This document shows, one piece after another, positions 52,801 to 63,319 of a stretch of 64,000 bases of DNA. Origin of the DNA: Octopus sinensis (lineage: Eukaryota); assembly GCF_006345805.1 (NCBI RefSeq), contig NC_043010.1, forward strand, positions 27,652,001 through 27,716,000, given 5' to 3'. Position 1 is the first letter of the stretch. Each line of letters starts with the position of its first letter. A program made the position numbers and the translations under genes. The notes beneath the pieces were generated by a model. It made no database searches. It had not been told where the DNA came from and saw only the letters and a program-made list of their open reading frames with translations.

Positions 52801-55800
52801 ATCGGTCTGACCATTCCTGTCTTTTAAATTTCATGTTGTACATTATCCAAAGTGTGTGGGGCTTGATTTTTCATTGAAGATGCTAAAGTGTAGTCAAAGG
52901 GCAATTTGGCTGCTATTTTTTGCTAGAATGGCAAAGCTCTATTTTCACACCATATATTTTGGGCCCTGAATTGTTAGGGGTCATATTCACCTCAGTTTTA
53001 AGCCACTCCATAATTAAGAAACTAATCAACTGCAAAAATTCACCTTATCCCATGCTTATTGATCTATCATCATGATCATCATTTAACATCCATTTTTCCA
53101 TACTGGCACCGGCCAAGCCAAGGTCACACCCATCTCCAGTTGTCTATTTTGGTATGGTTTCTACAACTGGATGCCCTTCCTAATGCCAACCACTCCACAG
53201 AGTGTACTTGGTGCTTTTTACATGGCACCCCCACCACCAATGCTTTTTATCTAGCACCAGTGCTTAAAAATTATTTATCTTGCATTGTTAATAATGTACC
53301 AAAGTGTTTAGAATCATACTTAATGATCAATCAGTAATTAATTATCTCCTAAATGTTTTTTTTTATTATTGTACCAGAATATTTACAATCTTGTCTTTTC
53401 CCAACAGGTTTATCGCCATCTCGTGAATGGCGACTACCTTCTCCTCAATCGACAGCCATCTCTTCACAAGCCCAGTATACAAGCTCATCGAGTATGTACT
53501 CCCTTTTTTTTGTGTACTTTTCTTTGACCTGTTAATCTATTCAGATTCCTTTTCACGTAATGATTTCATCCTCTGTGTAAAAAGATGATGTGTACTGACC
53601 ACTGGTTAAACTGCTAATGATCCCTATTTATACCAAGGTTGGCGACTTCATTGGTTCCAATATTAGATCCAATCTTTATTATCCACCCATACACCCGTCT
53701 CTACTCATTACTTTTCCATGCTGGCGTGGGTTGGACAGGTTGACAGCAGCTGGGAAGCCAGAGAGCTGCACCAGGCTCCAGTTCCCTGTTTTTTTATGGT
53801 TTCTACAACAGATGTCTTTCCTAACACCAACCATTTTACAGAGTGTACTGGATGCTTTTTATGTGACATCAGCACAGGTGCCTTTTTCATGGCACCAGCA
53901 CCAGTGGGGTCACCAAGTAGGGTGCAAGACAAAGATCTCTCAGTTGAGAGAGGGAATGGAATCAAGAGAAGTAGGTCTGTGAGGCTTCCTTCTACCAAAT
54001 CCACTCACAAGACTTTATTAGTTGGCCCTGGCTTATCGTGGAAGACACCTACCCGAGGTGCCACTCGGTGGGACTAAACCCAAAACCACATATCTGGGAA
54101 GCAAACTTCTTAACCACAAAACCATGCCTGCACCTCTGGTTCTCTAACTCCTGTTTGTTGTGTTCTCTTCAGGCTCGTGTTTTGCCCAACATCAAGACTT
54201 TCCGGTTGCATTATGCCAACTGCAAGGCTTACAACGCAGATTTTGATGGGGATGAAATGACAGCTCACGTACCTCAAACTGAACTAGGTCGGGCTGAAGC
54301 TAAGGAAATTTGTAAGTCCTTCTTTTTTTATGGGGTTTTGTTTTTTACCTTTTATTCTTCTTAGTCTTCCAAATTCTTGAAAAGATACCTGTGAAATATA
54401 TGAAAAATCTACTATTTGTTTTTAGTTCCCAAAAAATTTAAGTGCTTATTTATGCTGAAAAAAATGTAAGACACTAAACCTGCAAATACACCTGTGTAGC
54501 ATCAGTACCATTTTAGACTAGCAACAAACAAAAAAGATGTAAAAAGGCAAGACAACCTGAGACCAGGAACACTGCAGATTTTAAGTGAGTTTTTTTCTCA
54601 TATGTGCATTAATATCATCATCATTTAATGTCCGCCTTCCATGCTGGCATGGGTGGAACGGTTTCACAAGAGCCTGCACCAGATTTCTGTGACTGTTTTG
54701 GCAGGATTTTTACAGCTGGATGCCTTTTCTAACACCAACCACCCAGCAGAGTGGACTTAATGCTTTTTATGTGGCACAAGCATAGGTTTTTGCAGCTGGA
54801 CGCCCTTCCGAACACCAACCACTTCACAGTGTGGACCCAATGGATGTCGTGTTAAGGACTCGACCTCAGTGGCTATCCCATGAAAATATGGTAAGAATGT
54901 CTTGGAGAGAGAATTGCTGGACAGGTTTTAAGGGCAAAAACCAACCAGTAGAAGACACAGGAATAGACTGCAAACAAGTTGTTTGGCTAACATTCACAAG
55001 TTTTGTTGGTCGTGCTTGGGAATCCAACCAGATCAGTTGGAGACAGCTGCTTGTGACAGGACCCAATATAAGGTGTGCTTCAGGACTCTCTGTCCCCATG
55101 AACCTCTCAGGATAAAGTGGACAAAGATGAGATGAGATGAGGTATACAGCATCACTGTTGTACACAACTAACTTGGATTTCAATGCAGAAAGAGACTGAA
55201 ACTAAAACTTTGTCCAGTCCTCCACCAATTTTTCCGAGATTAAAATTTGTTTGTTTGGGGGATGGGATTAAGGGCCTGAAAAATTATATTCTTATTAACC
55301 CTTTAGCATTTAAACTGGTCATATCAGACCCAAATATTCTACATGCTTTATTTTCAAACAGGGCAGATCCAGTCTCTCACACTTGCCATACAATGTCATT
55401 CTGGAAAATAAACAATCACATCATAGAAATCTGATAGCTACAAGATAATGGATGCTAACTTCAAAACAATGTGAATGAATAAATATTATTTGAGAGAGTA
55501 ATTTGAATGCTAAAGGGTTAGACACCCCATCTCAGACATTTAAACATTGCAACGAATACATATAATGTTGCTTTTATTATTTTCTGCTCTTTCAGCTAGT
55601 GCGCAAAACCAGTACGTGGTCCCTAAAGATGGAAGTCCTCTGGCAGGTCTCATCCAAGATCATGTTGTTGCTGGAGTGCGCCTTACCATTCGTGGTCGTT
55701 TCTTCCGAAGGTCAGTCATCGTATTTGTTGCTTTATGCTCTTTTTTCTTCCCTCTTTCTTTTTGTTTCAATTCTGAAATCATCCAGCATGATGATGGTGA

Positions 55801-57804
55801 TGGTGGTGTCTTTCCTTTGTGTTTGTCCCATTCCCGTGACTTAGTAGTTCAACAAAAATGGCTGAGATACTCCCTACAAAGGTTTTAGTCGATGAAATTC
55901 ACCTCATTACTTGCTTTATCAATCTTTATTTGTTGAATCGCTATGTTACAGGACATAAAGGGATTGAAGTGTAAAGAAGAACCCCAAGACACACAAACAC
56001 TGTTTCTTTTGGACCAAGTTTCTGCTCACAACATATTGGTCAAACTGAGATTACAGTGGAAGACATCTGCCCAACATGTTGCACAGTGGGACTGAACCTG
56101 CAACCATGTGATGTGAAATTAACTTCTTAACCATACAGCTCTGGTTAGAGGTGTAATTCCAACACCTATGACCTTTTCAGGACCTCCAAGACTTAAGAGA
56201 GGAAAGAAGGAAATTATCCTTGGACCACAGACCGTCTTTAAATGTTTTCAACAGGGTGGGGGTTTTGAGGTGAAACTGAACAGTGACTTTAGTCTACCTA
56301 CTAAAAACAGGAATGGTTTCTCTGGCAGATTTGACATTGTCTCCACCTACCAAATTTCACTCACAGGGCTTAGGTATTGAATATTTGCTCAAGGTGTCAC
56401 TCAATGGTATTAAACTTGGAACTGGTAGCAAACAATTTGCCTGCATCCATTGTAAAATATAACAGCATCATCATCATTTAATGTCCGTTTTCAGCTGCTA
56501 CGGCTGGGAGCCACATCAGGCTCCATTGTTATTGGTATGGTTTCTAGGGCTCGATGCCCTTGCTAATGCCAACCACTTTACAAAGTGTACTGGGTGCCTT
56601 TTACATGGCACCAACTCCACTGCTAATCCACAGCACCAAAACAAGTGTTTTTTATGTGGCACCGGCTCAAATTATTTAATATCTTTGTTATCTAAAATAA
56701 GATGTCTCTGACTGTCAGTCAATCAATTCATCACTTAACTTAATCATTCACAATAATTCTCTCATATTGATTTTCTTTCTTCGTCTTTGTTTCAGAGAAG
56801 AGTTCAATCAATTGCTGTTCGCAGCACTTGTTAACAAACCTGATGCCATCCGACTGTTACCACCTGCTATTATTCGACCTGAGAAACTCTGGTCTGGAAA
56901 ACAGGTAGTTATATTTGCCCTACTATCATTATGATTGCATAAATTTCATCAGTTTACCTGGCTGACAAGCTAACAGGAATGGGTACAAGACCAGCCGGAA
57001 ATGTCACCTGTGTTCACACTGGTAACATGTCAAGATTTATTTTACCTTCTCTTCTCACTCTGAAACTTGAGACTAAACTCTTTGAGTAGTAACTTTTCTG
57101 AGATTTTAGTCAGAGAAACAAGGTACATCATCCATAATCTGTGCATGGCTTCTCAGGTTGGAGAGGTTTATGGCTACTGGTCATTATTGGTGAGGTGATT
57201 GGAGAGAGAGGCAATTTGCGAAAGTTGATTTCTTGGGTAGAAGGATTGGGTAAAAATGTGGTTAAAACAAGGTGGAGGAGAGGGGAATTAGCTGTGGCTT
57301 AGGATCATCATCATCATCGTCGTTTAGCGTCCGTTTTCCATGCTAGCATGGGTTGATAAAGTTTAATTGTGTGTAGGTGAGTGAAATGGAAACATTGCAA
57401 GGACATAAAACAACATGGACCCTTATCAGCAACATCTGTGTGTGATGTGAAATAACTGAGTGATGATGACAACACATGTATGATATGAACCGACCAAAGT
57501 CTTGTAAGTGGATTTGGTGGATGGGAACTAAAAGAAGGTTGTTGTGCCTATATATAGGAGTGTGTGTGTGTGTGTGTTAGCACCTTCTTCCTTTGACATT
57601 GCACAATAGTTGCAAAGTGAGTTTCAGTGTCACACAATCAGTGGCCTTCATTTCCAGTCCTCCATCAAAACATGTTCAACCATGAGAAAATGTTATCTCA
57701 TTCAGTAACAAGTGGGGGTTGGCAACAGGAAGGACATCCAACTGTTGAAAATCAGCCACAGAAAATTTCATCTGACCCTTAAAGGCTATATATGTGTGTG
57801 TGTG

Positions 57805-57836
<32 letters not shown>

Positions 57837-60800
57837 ACCTATATATGAATCTGTTGGTGGGGAAATTTAAAAACAGTGTATGTGTATGTATATATACGTA
57901 TGTCTGTATATCTTTTTATCTTTTCATTACAGCTTATATCTACTTTACTAATCAATATAATCCCAAAGAACAAGCCTTTAATTACAATGGAAAGCACATC
58001 AAAGATTCCAGAAAGGGTAGGTCTTTGGAATTTATATGCATGCACAAACACAAAATATATTTAATCACTCTTCCATCTAATGCAGAATATGCAAATTAGT
58101 TTAGTCATTTCTTTGTAGGACCTGGTTTGTGTTTGATTTAAATAGTGATTGCGATCATGTTCTGTTAGTGAGCAGAAGTGTAATGGGTTCCTGTGCTCTG
58201 TGGATAATCTCCGTATATTTTTATGCATGTGAAGAGAATAACAAGATGTATTTATTTTTGTTTACTTGCCACATCATAAGCATTATAAACTATAAACACT
58301 TTGCATTACATTTGTATGGTGGTTTCATGTTTAGTCCCATTACTCAACAACTTGGGCAAGTATCTTTTATTAACGCCCCAGGCCAACCACCAAACCCTTG
58401 TGAATATTGATACAGGAGAGGGAAACTGAAAGAAGCTTATTATGTGTGTGTGTACTCTTTTATTTGTTGCAATCATTTGACTGCGGCCATGCTGGAGTAC
58501 TGCCTTTAGTCAAACAAATCGACTCCAGGTCTCATTCTTTGTGAGCCTAGTACTTATTCTATCAGTACCTTTTGCCGAACTGCTAATTTACAGGGAGCTA
58601 AGTACACCAGCATTGGTTGTCAAGCAATGATGGTGGGGACAAACACAGACACACAAACATATGCACACACACACACACACATCATCATCATCGTTTAGCA
58701 TCCGCTTTCCATGCTAGCATGGATTGGACAGTTCAACTGGGGTCTGGGAAGCCAGAAGGCTGCACCAGGCCCAGTCTGATCTGGCAATGTTTCTACGGCT
58801 GGATGCCCTTCCTAAAGCCAACCACTCCATGAGTGTAGTGGGTGCTTTTTACGTGCCACCGGCACAGAGGCCAGGCGAGGCTGGCAACAGCCACGATCAG
58901 ATGGTGCTTTATACGTGCCACCAGCACAGAGGCCAGTCGGGGCGGCGCTGGCAACGGCCACACTCGGATGGTTCTCTTATGTGCCACCGGCACTGGTATC
59001 ACAGCTACAATTTCCATTGATGTTGATCGATTTCAATTTTGATTTTGATTTTCACTTGCCTCAACAGTATAACATGTATCTGTATATATAACAAGCTTCC
59101 ATACAGTTTCCAAATGCTAGATTCCTCTCACACAGCATTGGTCAATTCAAGACTGTAGCAGATGACCCCTGCGCATGCACATATGTGTGTCTGTCTGCTA
59201 ACTGGGTACACATAAACAAAGACTTGCTTCATCTAATCAAAGCATCTATTCACTGAAAGTGCTCTACAACTTATTAGAAATTTATTGGGGCTATAACCCA
59301 AATGAACTAAAAGAGGGTATGAGACTCAAGAGTGGCAAATAAAACGTGGGCTGTCTTACCACTGTACTGTGTTTCAGTGCATTCTTCTTCCTGTTGCTAT
59401 GCAATTAAGAAGTTTGATCCAACTGTACATCATATTGATCAAGTGTCTTCTACTATAATCTGGGATTGAAATCGGTGAGGTAGGGACTGTGTGGAAACTC
59501 ATCAGAAAAGAGGGTTACTTAGTCTTGGGTGTAATCCACAGGATTTAGGTGCCATTAATGGAGTTCGCTCTGATACAATTATTTGGACCAAATCTCCAGT
59601 TCGATGCTAAATTTTTCCCCTTCTCCCACCATCTTCAGTTCCTAAAAAGGATCAGAAGTTCTTTTATTTCCTGACTTTGGGGTAGAAATATAATGTAAAT
59701 ATAGGTGCGGACATGGCTGTGTGGTAAGAAGCTTGCTTCCCAACCTCCTGGTTCCAGGTTCAGTTCCCCTGCATGGCACCTTGGGCAAGTGTCTTCTATA
59801 GCTTACATCCGACCAAAGCTTTGTGAGTGGATTTGGTAGATGGAAACTGAAAGAAACCTGTCATATGTGTCTGTGTTTGTCTCCACCACCATCGCTTGAC
59901 AACTGATGCTTGAAACTTAGCGGTTTGGCAAAAGAGGCCGATAGAATAAGTACTAGGCTTACAAAGAATGAGTCTTGGGGTTGATTTCTTCAATTAAAGG
60001 TGGTGCTCCGGCATGACCACAGTCAAATGACTGAAACAAGTAAAAGAATAAAAGAGAAGTTAAAATCCAAACTGGGTCCTCTTGATTCACATCTGCTTAT
60101 TCCAGTATTCCAAACTCCTATGTAGATTTCATATTTGTGTGAGGTATGCATCAGAGTTGGAAAATACTGGGAAATATGTTTTTGGAAAGTAACTAAAGGT
60201 CAAAGCAGGACTGAAAAATATTTTGGATATCATGTGTTCACCTTTACACATGTTTCATTTGCTAATAGGAGTTATAAAATTGTACATTCTCTATCTAAAG
60301 GATTTCTAATATGAGATATATTACGTTTTCTCCTACATGGTTCAGTTTTGTAACGCCTATTAGCAAACGAAACATGTATTGGTGAATAAATAATGGTAAA
60401 AATTTTTCCCAATCTCTTGTTTTGATCCATAAAAAGATATTTATACAGGTGCAGGGTATGGCTGAGTGGTTTCAGAAGTTTGCTTCCCAACCATGTGGTT
60501 TCAGGCTTAATCCCACTGCACAGCATCTTGGCCAAGTGTCTTCTACTATAGCCCCAGGTCCCAAAAACCTTGTGAGTAGATTTGGTAGATGGAAACTGAA
60601 AGAAGCCTATCATATTTATGTGTATGTACTTATGTCTGTTTGTGTTTAATCCATGCAAAAAATTGAATGAATGAATGAACAAAATTGAGAGACATCAGCT
60701 TGTTGTGAGCCTGTGACCATCCATTATGATTTCTTAATGTTCCTTATTCTTTCACAGCTTTGGAAGTCAATAGACCATTTTGATGCTTCAATAAGTAGAG

Positions 60801-62866
60801 CTCTTTCACAAGAAATGGGGGAGAGCCATGTTATAATCCGAGACAGTGAATTGCTGTGTGGTGTCCTGGATAAAAGCCAGTACGGATCAACAGCATATGG
60901 ATTAGTACACTGTTGTTATGAGGTAAGAGTGTGTTATGGTATTAGGTTTCTAAGAGCAATTCTTTTTTTTTTTTTTAGCTATAACCTCTTGTTGATATAT
61001 TGTTTGAATCTAATCATCTTTATCTCCCTTTCCAGCTCTACCCCAACTACTTAACGGGTACTTATGTATCAGCAAGAAACCTGTTCCTGTTAAGGTGGCG
61101 AGCTGGCAGAAACATTAGCACGCCAGGCGAAATGCTTAGCAGTATTTCGTCTGCCATTACGTTCTGAGTTCAAATTCTACTGAGGTCGACTTTGCCTTTC
61201 ATCCTTTCAGGGTTGATTAAATAAGTACCAGTTATGCACTGGGGTTGATGTAATCGACTTAATCCGTTTGTCTGTCATTGTTTGTCCCCTCCGTGTTTAG
61301 CTCCTTGTGGGTAGTAAAGAAATATGTATTTCGTCTCTCTTTACGTTCTGAGTTCAAATTCCGCTGAGGTCAACTTTGCCTTTCATCCTTTCGGGGTTGA
61401 TTAAATAAGTACCAGTTACGCACTGGGGTCGATATAATCAGCTTAATCCGTTTGTTTGTCCCCTCTATGTTTAGCCCCTTTTGGGCAATAAAGAAATAAG
61501 AAACCTGTTCCTGTCACTTCTATCATACTTTAATATCTCAACACATAAGGCTACCATCCTCTCTACTGCAGTCCAATGCGGTCAAGAGGGATTTTAGTCT
61601 TGCATGTTAGTTGGGTGATCTCTCTAGTAAAGTGGTTGGCATTAGGAAGAGCATCCAGCCATAGAAACCATGCCATAGGCAGACATTAGAGCTCAATGCA
61701 ATCCTCTCTCTCTCACTGGATCTTGTCAAACCATCCAATCCATGCCAATAACGAAGAAAAATGGTAAATGATGGTGATGATTATTGTGGTGGCAGAGGGC
61801 TGTTATACTGCTGATGATGGCTGGTTCTTAAGTTTCACTTGAGCTACATTCCATCCCATCGTAGATCCGTAAGACACAGGGGTACACCCCCCAGCAATGA
61901 TAAATCTAGAGGACCAACAGTAGTCACATTGTGACGATGTAGATTTTACACTTCCGCTGTGGCTGTCACCAGATTTTCAGAATTAGATTGGACAGTGGAA
62001 AGAATCTCACCTCTCCAGATTGATTCATTTAATTAACCACATGTCATGTTGGAATAAATATATATATATATGTGTATATATATATATATATATTTATTTA
62101 TATATATATATATATATATTTTATAATTATCCACCCCGACTGGCCTCGTGCCGGTGGCACGTAAAAAGCACCATCCGTTCGTGGCTGTTGCCAGCCTCGC
62201 CTAGCCCCGTGCCGGTGGCACGTAAAAAGGACCCACTACACTCACGGAGTGGTTGGCGTTAGGAAGGGCATCCAGCTGTAGAAACACTGCCAGATCAGAC
62301 TGGGCCTGATGCAGCCTTCTGGCTTCACAGACCCCAGTTGAACCGTCCAACCCATGCTAGCATGGAAAGCGGACACTAAATGATGATGATGATAATGAAA
62401 CATAATTATAATTTGGGTTCAGCTAATTATTCACCATATACTGAATTTAGAAATAGGAGTTAAAATTCCTTTTCTACTACTGTAAGAATCTCCATGACGG
62501 TAACATACTTTTTTACGAAGCCAAAGAAAAAAAACAATGAATCAACACAACCAGGATTAACTATATATGCGTTTTGAGATTAAAGTGGTTTAAATTTTAC
62601 TTACTTCTTTCTTCAGTATAGTAATTCCAATTATAAAATGTGCTAGAGTTAAATATGCACATGATCGAGCGACATCATGTAATAGATATCCAACCAACAC
62701 TTCCAAAATTTACAGTGGTGAAGCAATTAGCTGAACCCTAATTATAATAATGTTTATAATTATAAAATATTTGTATAATTTTACCTATAAAGGTTATTTT
62801 AACGTACCGATCTACTTGGTGAAATTATTAATTAATTAATAAATTTTACCCTTTTATTATTAATTT

Positions 62867-62915
<49 letters not shown>

Positions 62916-63319
62916 ATATAATATATATATATATATCATCATTATATCATTATCATCATCATTTAATGGCCATTTCACATGCTGGCATGGGTTGGATGGA
63001 TTGATAGTATCCAATAAGCTGCAGGGCTGTGCCCCACACCAGGAAAGACACTGAAGCTAAGCAGAGTCCATTAGTTCATTGAATCCTGTCAGATAATCCG
63101 ACTGATATCTGCATGGAAAGCAAACATTAAACAATGAGGGTGATGATGTGCATGTGTTGTACATGACCAGTTCCATTATTTACTTATTTACATATTTTTC
63201 AGCTCTATGGCGGAGAAGTAGCTGCAAACCTCCTCACATGCTTTGGCCGACTTTTCACTTCCTTCTTACAAAGAGATGGATTTTCATTGGGAATTAAAGA
63301 TATTCTCATGACAAAACAG
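26674..63319 (+). CDS. POLR1A: DNA-directed RNA polymerase I largest subunit (RPA1/A190), spliced gene; 16 coding exons in window, 3' part beyond window
   Basis: Manually spliced exons sum to 2382 nt (794 codons) with consistent phases and GT-AG ends. Motifs: CFTC..CTGHLGH and CLSC/CPHC Zn sites, [76 protein letters not shown]. These are Pol I-type rather than Pol II/III-type. Confidence 0.97.
28747..28871 (+). CDS. POLR1A: POLR1A coding exon 2 (Zn site CFTC...CTGHLGHI)
   Basis: Acceptor tttacag, donor gtcagt; 125 nt; encodes [42 protein letters not shown]. Confidence 0.96.
29079..29274 (+). CDS. POLR1A: POLR1A coding exon 3 (ILDLACLSC...)
   Basis: Acceptor tcttttag, donor gtaagt; 196 nt; first half of the second Zn site (CLSC). 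Confidence 0.92.
29490..30290 (-). mobile_element. Penelope-like element family 2: 5'-truncated GIY-YIG fragment, 3' pLTR, and inverted pLTR at the 5' junction
   Basis: [23 protein letters not shown]...GIADHVW...[11 protein letters not shown] then KEAAHM. pLTR at 29490-29615 on minus; same pLTR on plus at ~30097-30290. Confidence 0.88.
30670..30887 (+). mobile_element. Internally deleted mariner element
   Basis: ~28-bp TIRs (acggggtactgaaaagttcctggc / gccagcaaattttctgcacccc). Degraded transposase C-terminus [20 protein letters not shown]. Confidence 0.75.
32335..32599. mobile_element. Degenerate hAT-like MITE
   Basis: cagttctcaacc ... gttggggaccactg; TIR and 8-bp TSD both poorly conserved. 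Confidence 0.4.
32758..32978. mobile_element. TTAA-flanked piggyBac-like MITE
   Basis: TTAA-CCCTTTCATTAC ... GTAATGACAGGG-TTAA. Confidence 0.8.
33022..33208 (+). CDS. POLR1A: POLR1A coding exon 4 (...RRKCPHC...)
   Basis: Acceptor ctttcag, donor gtaagt; 187 nt; CPHC completes the second Zn site; phases fit exons 3 and 5. Confidence 0.9.
35010..35370 (+). repeat. 179-bp tandem duplication
   Basis: gtttgaagtgatcac at 35010 and gtttgaagcgatcac at 35189; roughly 90% identical by eye. Confidence 0.85.
36515..38672 (-). mobile_element. R4/Dong-clade (REL endonuclease) non-LTR retrotransposon, 5'-truncated and decayed
   Basis: [16 protein letters not shown]; [12 protein letters not shown]...HLLYMDDL...[14 protein letters not shown]; CHIC..HIMNECP; YNRPD...DVACPFD.RI..KE.EKI..Y. 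Many stops and frameshifts. Confidence 0.88.
39371..39730 (-). mobile_element. Probable solo LTR (360 bp)
   Basis: On minus it reads TGTAG...CTACA termini, with a TATA-like tatataaa and a downstream AATAAA. No matching TSD found. Confidence 0.55.
40803..41025 (+). CDS. POLR1A: POLR1A coding exon 5 ([17 protein letters not shown]...[15 protein letters not shown])
   Basis: Acceptor attaacag, donor gtaagt; 223 nt; matches RPA1 YLTP..W..E and FFL...V.P.R.RP. Confidence 0.93.
41445..43178 (+). mobile_element. Head-to-tail cluster of 7 SINE family B copies in POLR1A intron 5
   Basis: Heads at ~41445, 41679, 41900, 42122, 42326, 42543, 42979; all in the same orientation. Confidence 0.85.
44166..44333 (+). 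CDS. POLR1A: POLR1A coding exon 6 ([14 protein letters not shown]...[13 protein letters not shown])
   Basis: Long poly-T tract then gttag acceptor, donor gtaagt; 168 nt, phase 0/0; aligns without gaps to human VSRLGDQMFTNGQT. Confidence 0.85.
44500..45130 (+). repeat. 127-bp tandem array x5 derived from a MITE left end plus flank
   Basis: accctttagcatt recurs at 44521, 44648, 44775, 44902, 45029 (exact 127-nt spacing). Confidence 0.95.
46026..46255 (+). mobile_element. tRNA-derived SINE family B with (ATT)n tail
   Basis: aaggcggtgagctggcagaa...gagttcaaattcc...gcctttcatcctttc...aagtaccag. Further copies at ~14297(-), 14690(-), 21227(+), 28900(+), 30900(+), 38834(+), 47117(+). The central block resembles Meta-type SINE domains (recall, unverified). 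Confidence 0.85.
47690..48205. mobile_element. Long-TIR (~150-170 bp) foldback MITE in POLR1A intron 6
   Basis: aaggtttgaaaatccaattttaaaagatg...gtactggctgtcacaaaagtattaaaat is mirrored at ~48064-48200; (TA)n flanks. Confidence 0.85.
48730..48873 (+). CDS. POLR1A: POLR1A coding exon 7 (...[17 protein letters not shown]...GVRQ)
   Basis: Acceptor ttttgcag, donor gtcagg; 144 nt; matches W..LQ..VN..D and G.RQ. Confidence 0.93.
49486..49706 (+). CDS. POLR1A: POLR1A coding exon 8 ([20 protein letters not shown]...NGPNEYPG)
   Basis: Acceptor tttacag, donor gtgagt; 221 nt; switch-2/region C motif. Confidence 0.97.
50152..50284 (+). CDS. POLR1A: POLR1A coding exon 9 (AAYVVDQHG...VANQLLTP...KK)
   Basis: Acceptor cttccag, donor gtatga; 133 nt; matches human AVAKQLLTP region. 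Confidence 0.93.
50385..50810 (-). mobile_element. RTE 3'-tail copy (one of >15 in the window)
   Basis: catcatcatcgtttaa...ctacagctggatgcc...ccaaccactcc...gtgggtgct. Further copies at ~27360, 33990, 36340, 41050, 42830, 45660, 51100, 51490, 53080, 53705, 54615, 56465, 58680, 61620, 62135, 62950. Confidence 0.85.
51713..52620 (+). mobile_element. RTE-clade LINE 3' fragment (ORF2 C-terminus + 3' UTR + (GAT)n tail)
   Basis: [10 protein letters not shown]...[12 protein letters not shown]...[17 protein letters not shown], followed by a UTR ending ggacattaatcaatgatgatgatgatga. Confidence 0.9.
53408..53491 (+). CDS. POLR1A: POLR1A coding exon 10 ([28 protein letters not shown])
   Basis: Acceptor ccaacag, donor gtatgt; 84 nt. 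Confidence 0.97.
54173..54311 (+). CDS. POLR1A: POLR1A coding exon 11 (catalytic NADFDGD)
   Basis: Acceptor ctcttcag, donor gtaagt; 139 nt; [43 protein letters not shown]. Confidence 0.98.
55299..55517. mobile_element. TTAA-type piggyBac-like MITE (second family)
   Basis: TTAA-CCCTTTAGCATT ... AATGCTAAAGGG-TTAG. Relatives at ~26200-26374, 27210-27305, 45030-45247, 45252-45465. Confidence 0.8.
55596..55710 (+). CDS. POLR1A: POLR1A coding exon 12 ([19 protein letters not shown])
   Basis: Acceptor ctttcag, donor gtcagt; 115 nt. Confidence 0.97.
56796..56904 (+). CDS. POLR1A: POLR1A coding exon 13 ([16 protein letters not shown])
   Basis: Acceptor gtttcag, donor gtagtt; 109 nt. Confidence 0.95.
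57933..58016 (+). CDS. POLR1A: POLR1A coding exon 14 ([11 protein letters not shown]...KIPER)
   Basis: Acceptor cattacag, donor gtaggt; 84 nt. Confidence 0.94.
58680..59070 (-). mobile_element. RTE 3'-tail copy with internal tandem units
   Basis: Same tail; repeated gtgccaccggcac units. Confidence 0.85.
59703..60055 (+). mobile_element. SINE family A, full-length copy
   Basis: Same head, body and tail as 22115-22490. Confidence 0.85.
60758..60922 (+). CDS. POLR1A: POLR1A coding exon 15 ([22 protein letters not shown]...YGLVHCCYE)
   Basis: Acceptor ttcacag, donor gtaaga; 165 nt. Confidence 0.96.
61091..61497 (+). mobile_element. SINE family B variant with duplicated body and Tx1-like tail; 17-bp TSD
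   Basis: TSD aagaaacctgttcctgt at 61074-61090 and 61498-61514. Confidence 0.88.
62400..62865. mobile_element. Longer relative of the 3250 foldback MITE, left arm truncated
   Basis: attataatttgggttcagctaatt ... aattagctgaaccctaattataat; right arm matches the 3250 terminus. Confidence 0.7.
63203..63319 (+). CDS. POLR1A: POLR1A coding exon 16 (LYGGEVA...[10 protein letters not shown])
   Basis: Acceptor tttttcag, donor gtcagt; 117 nt; gene continues past 64000. Confidence 0.96.
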
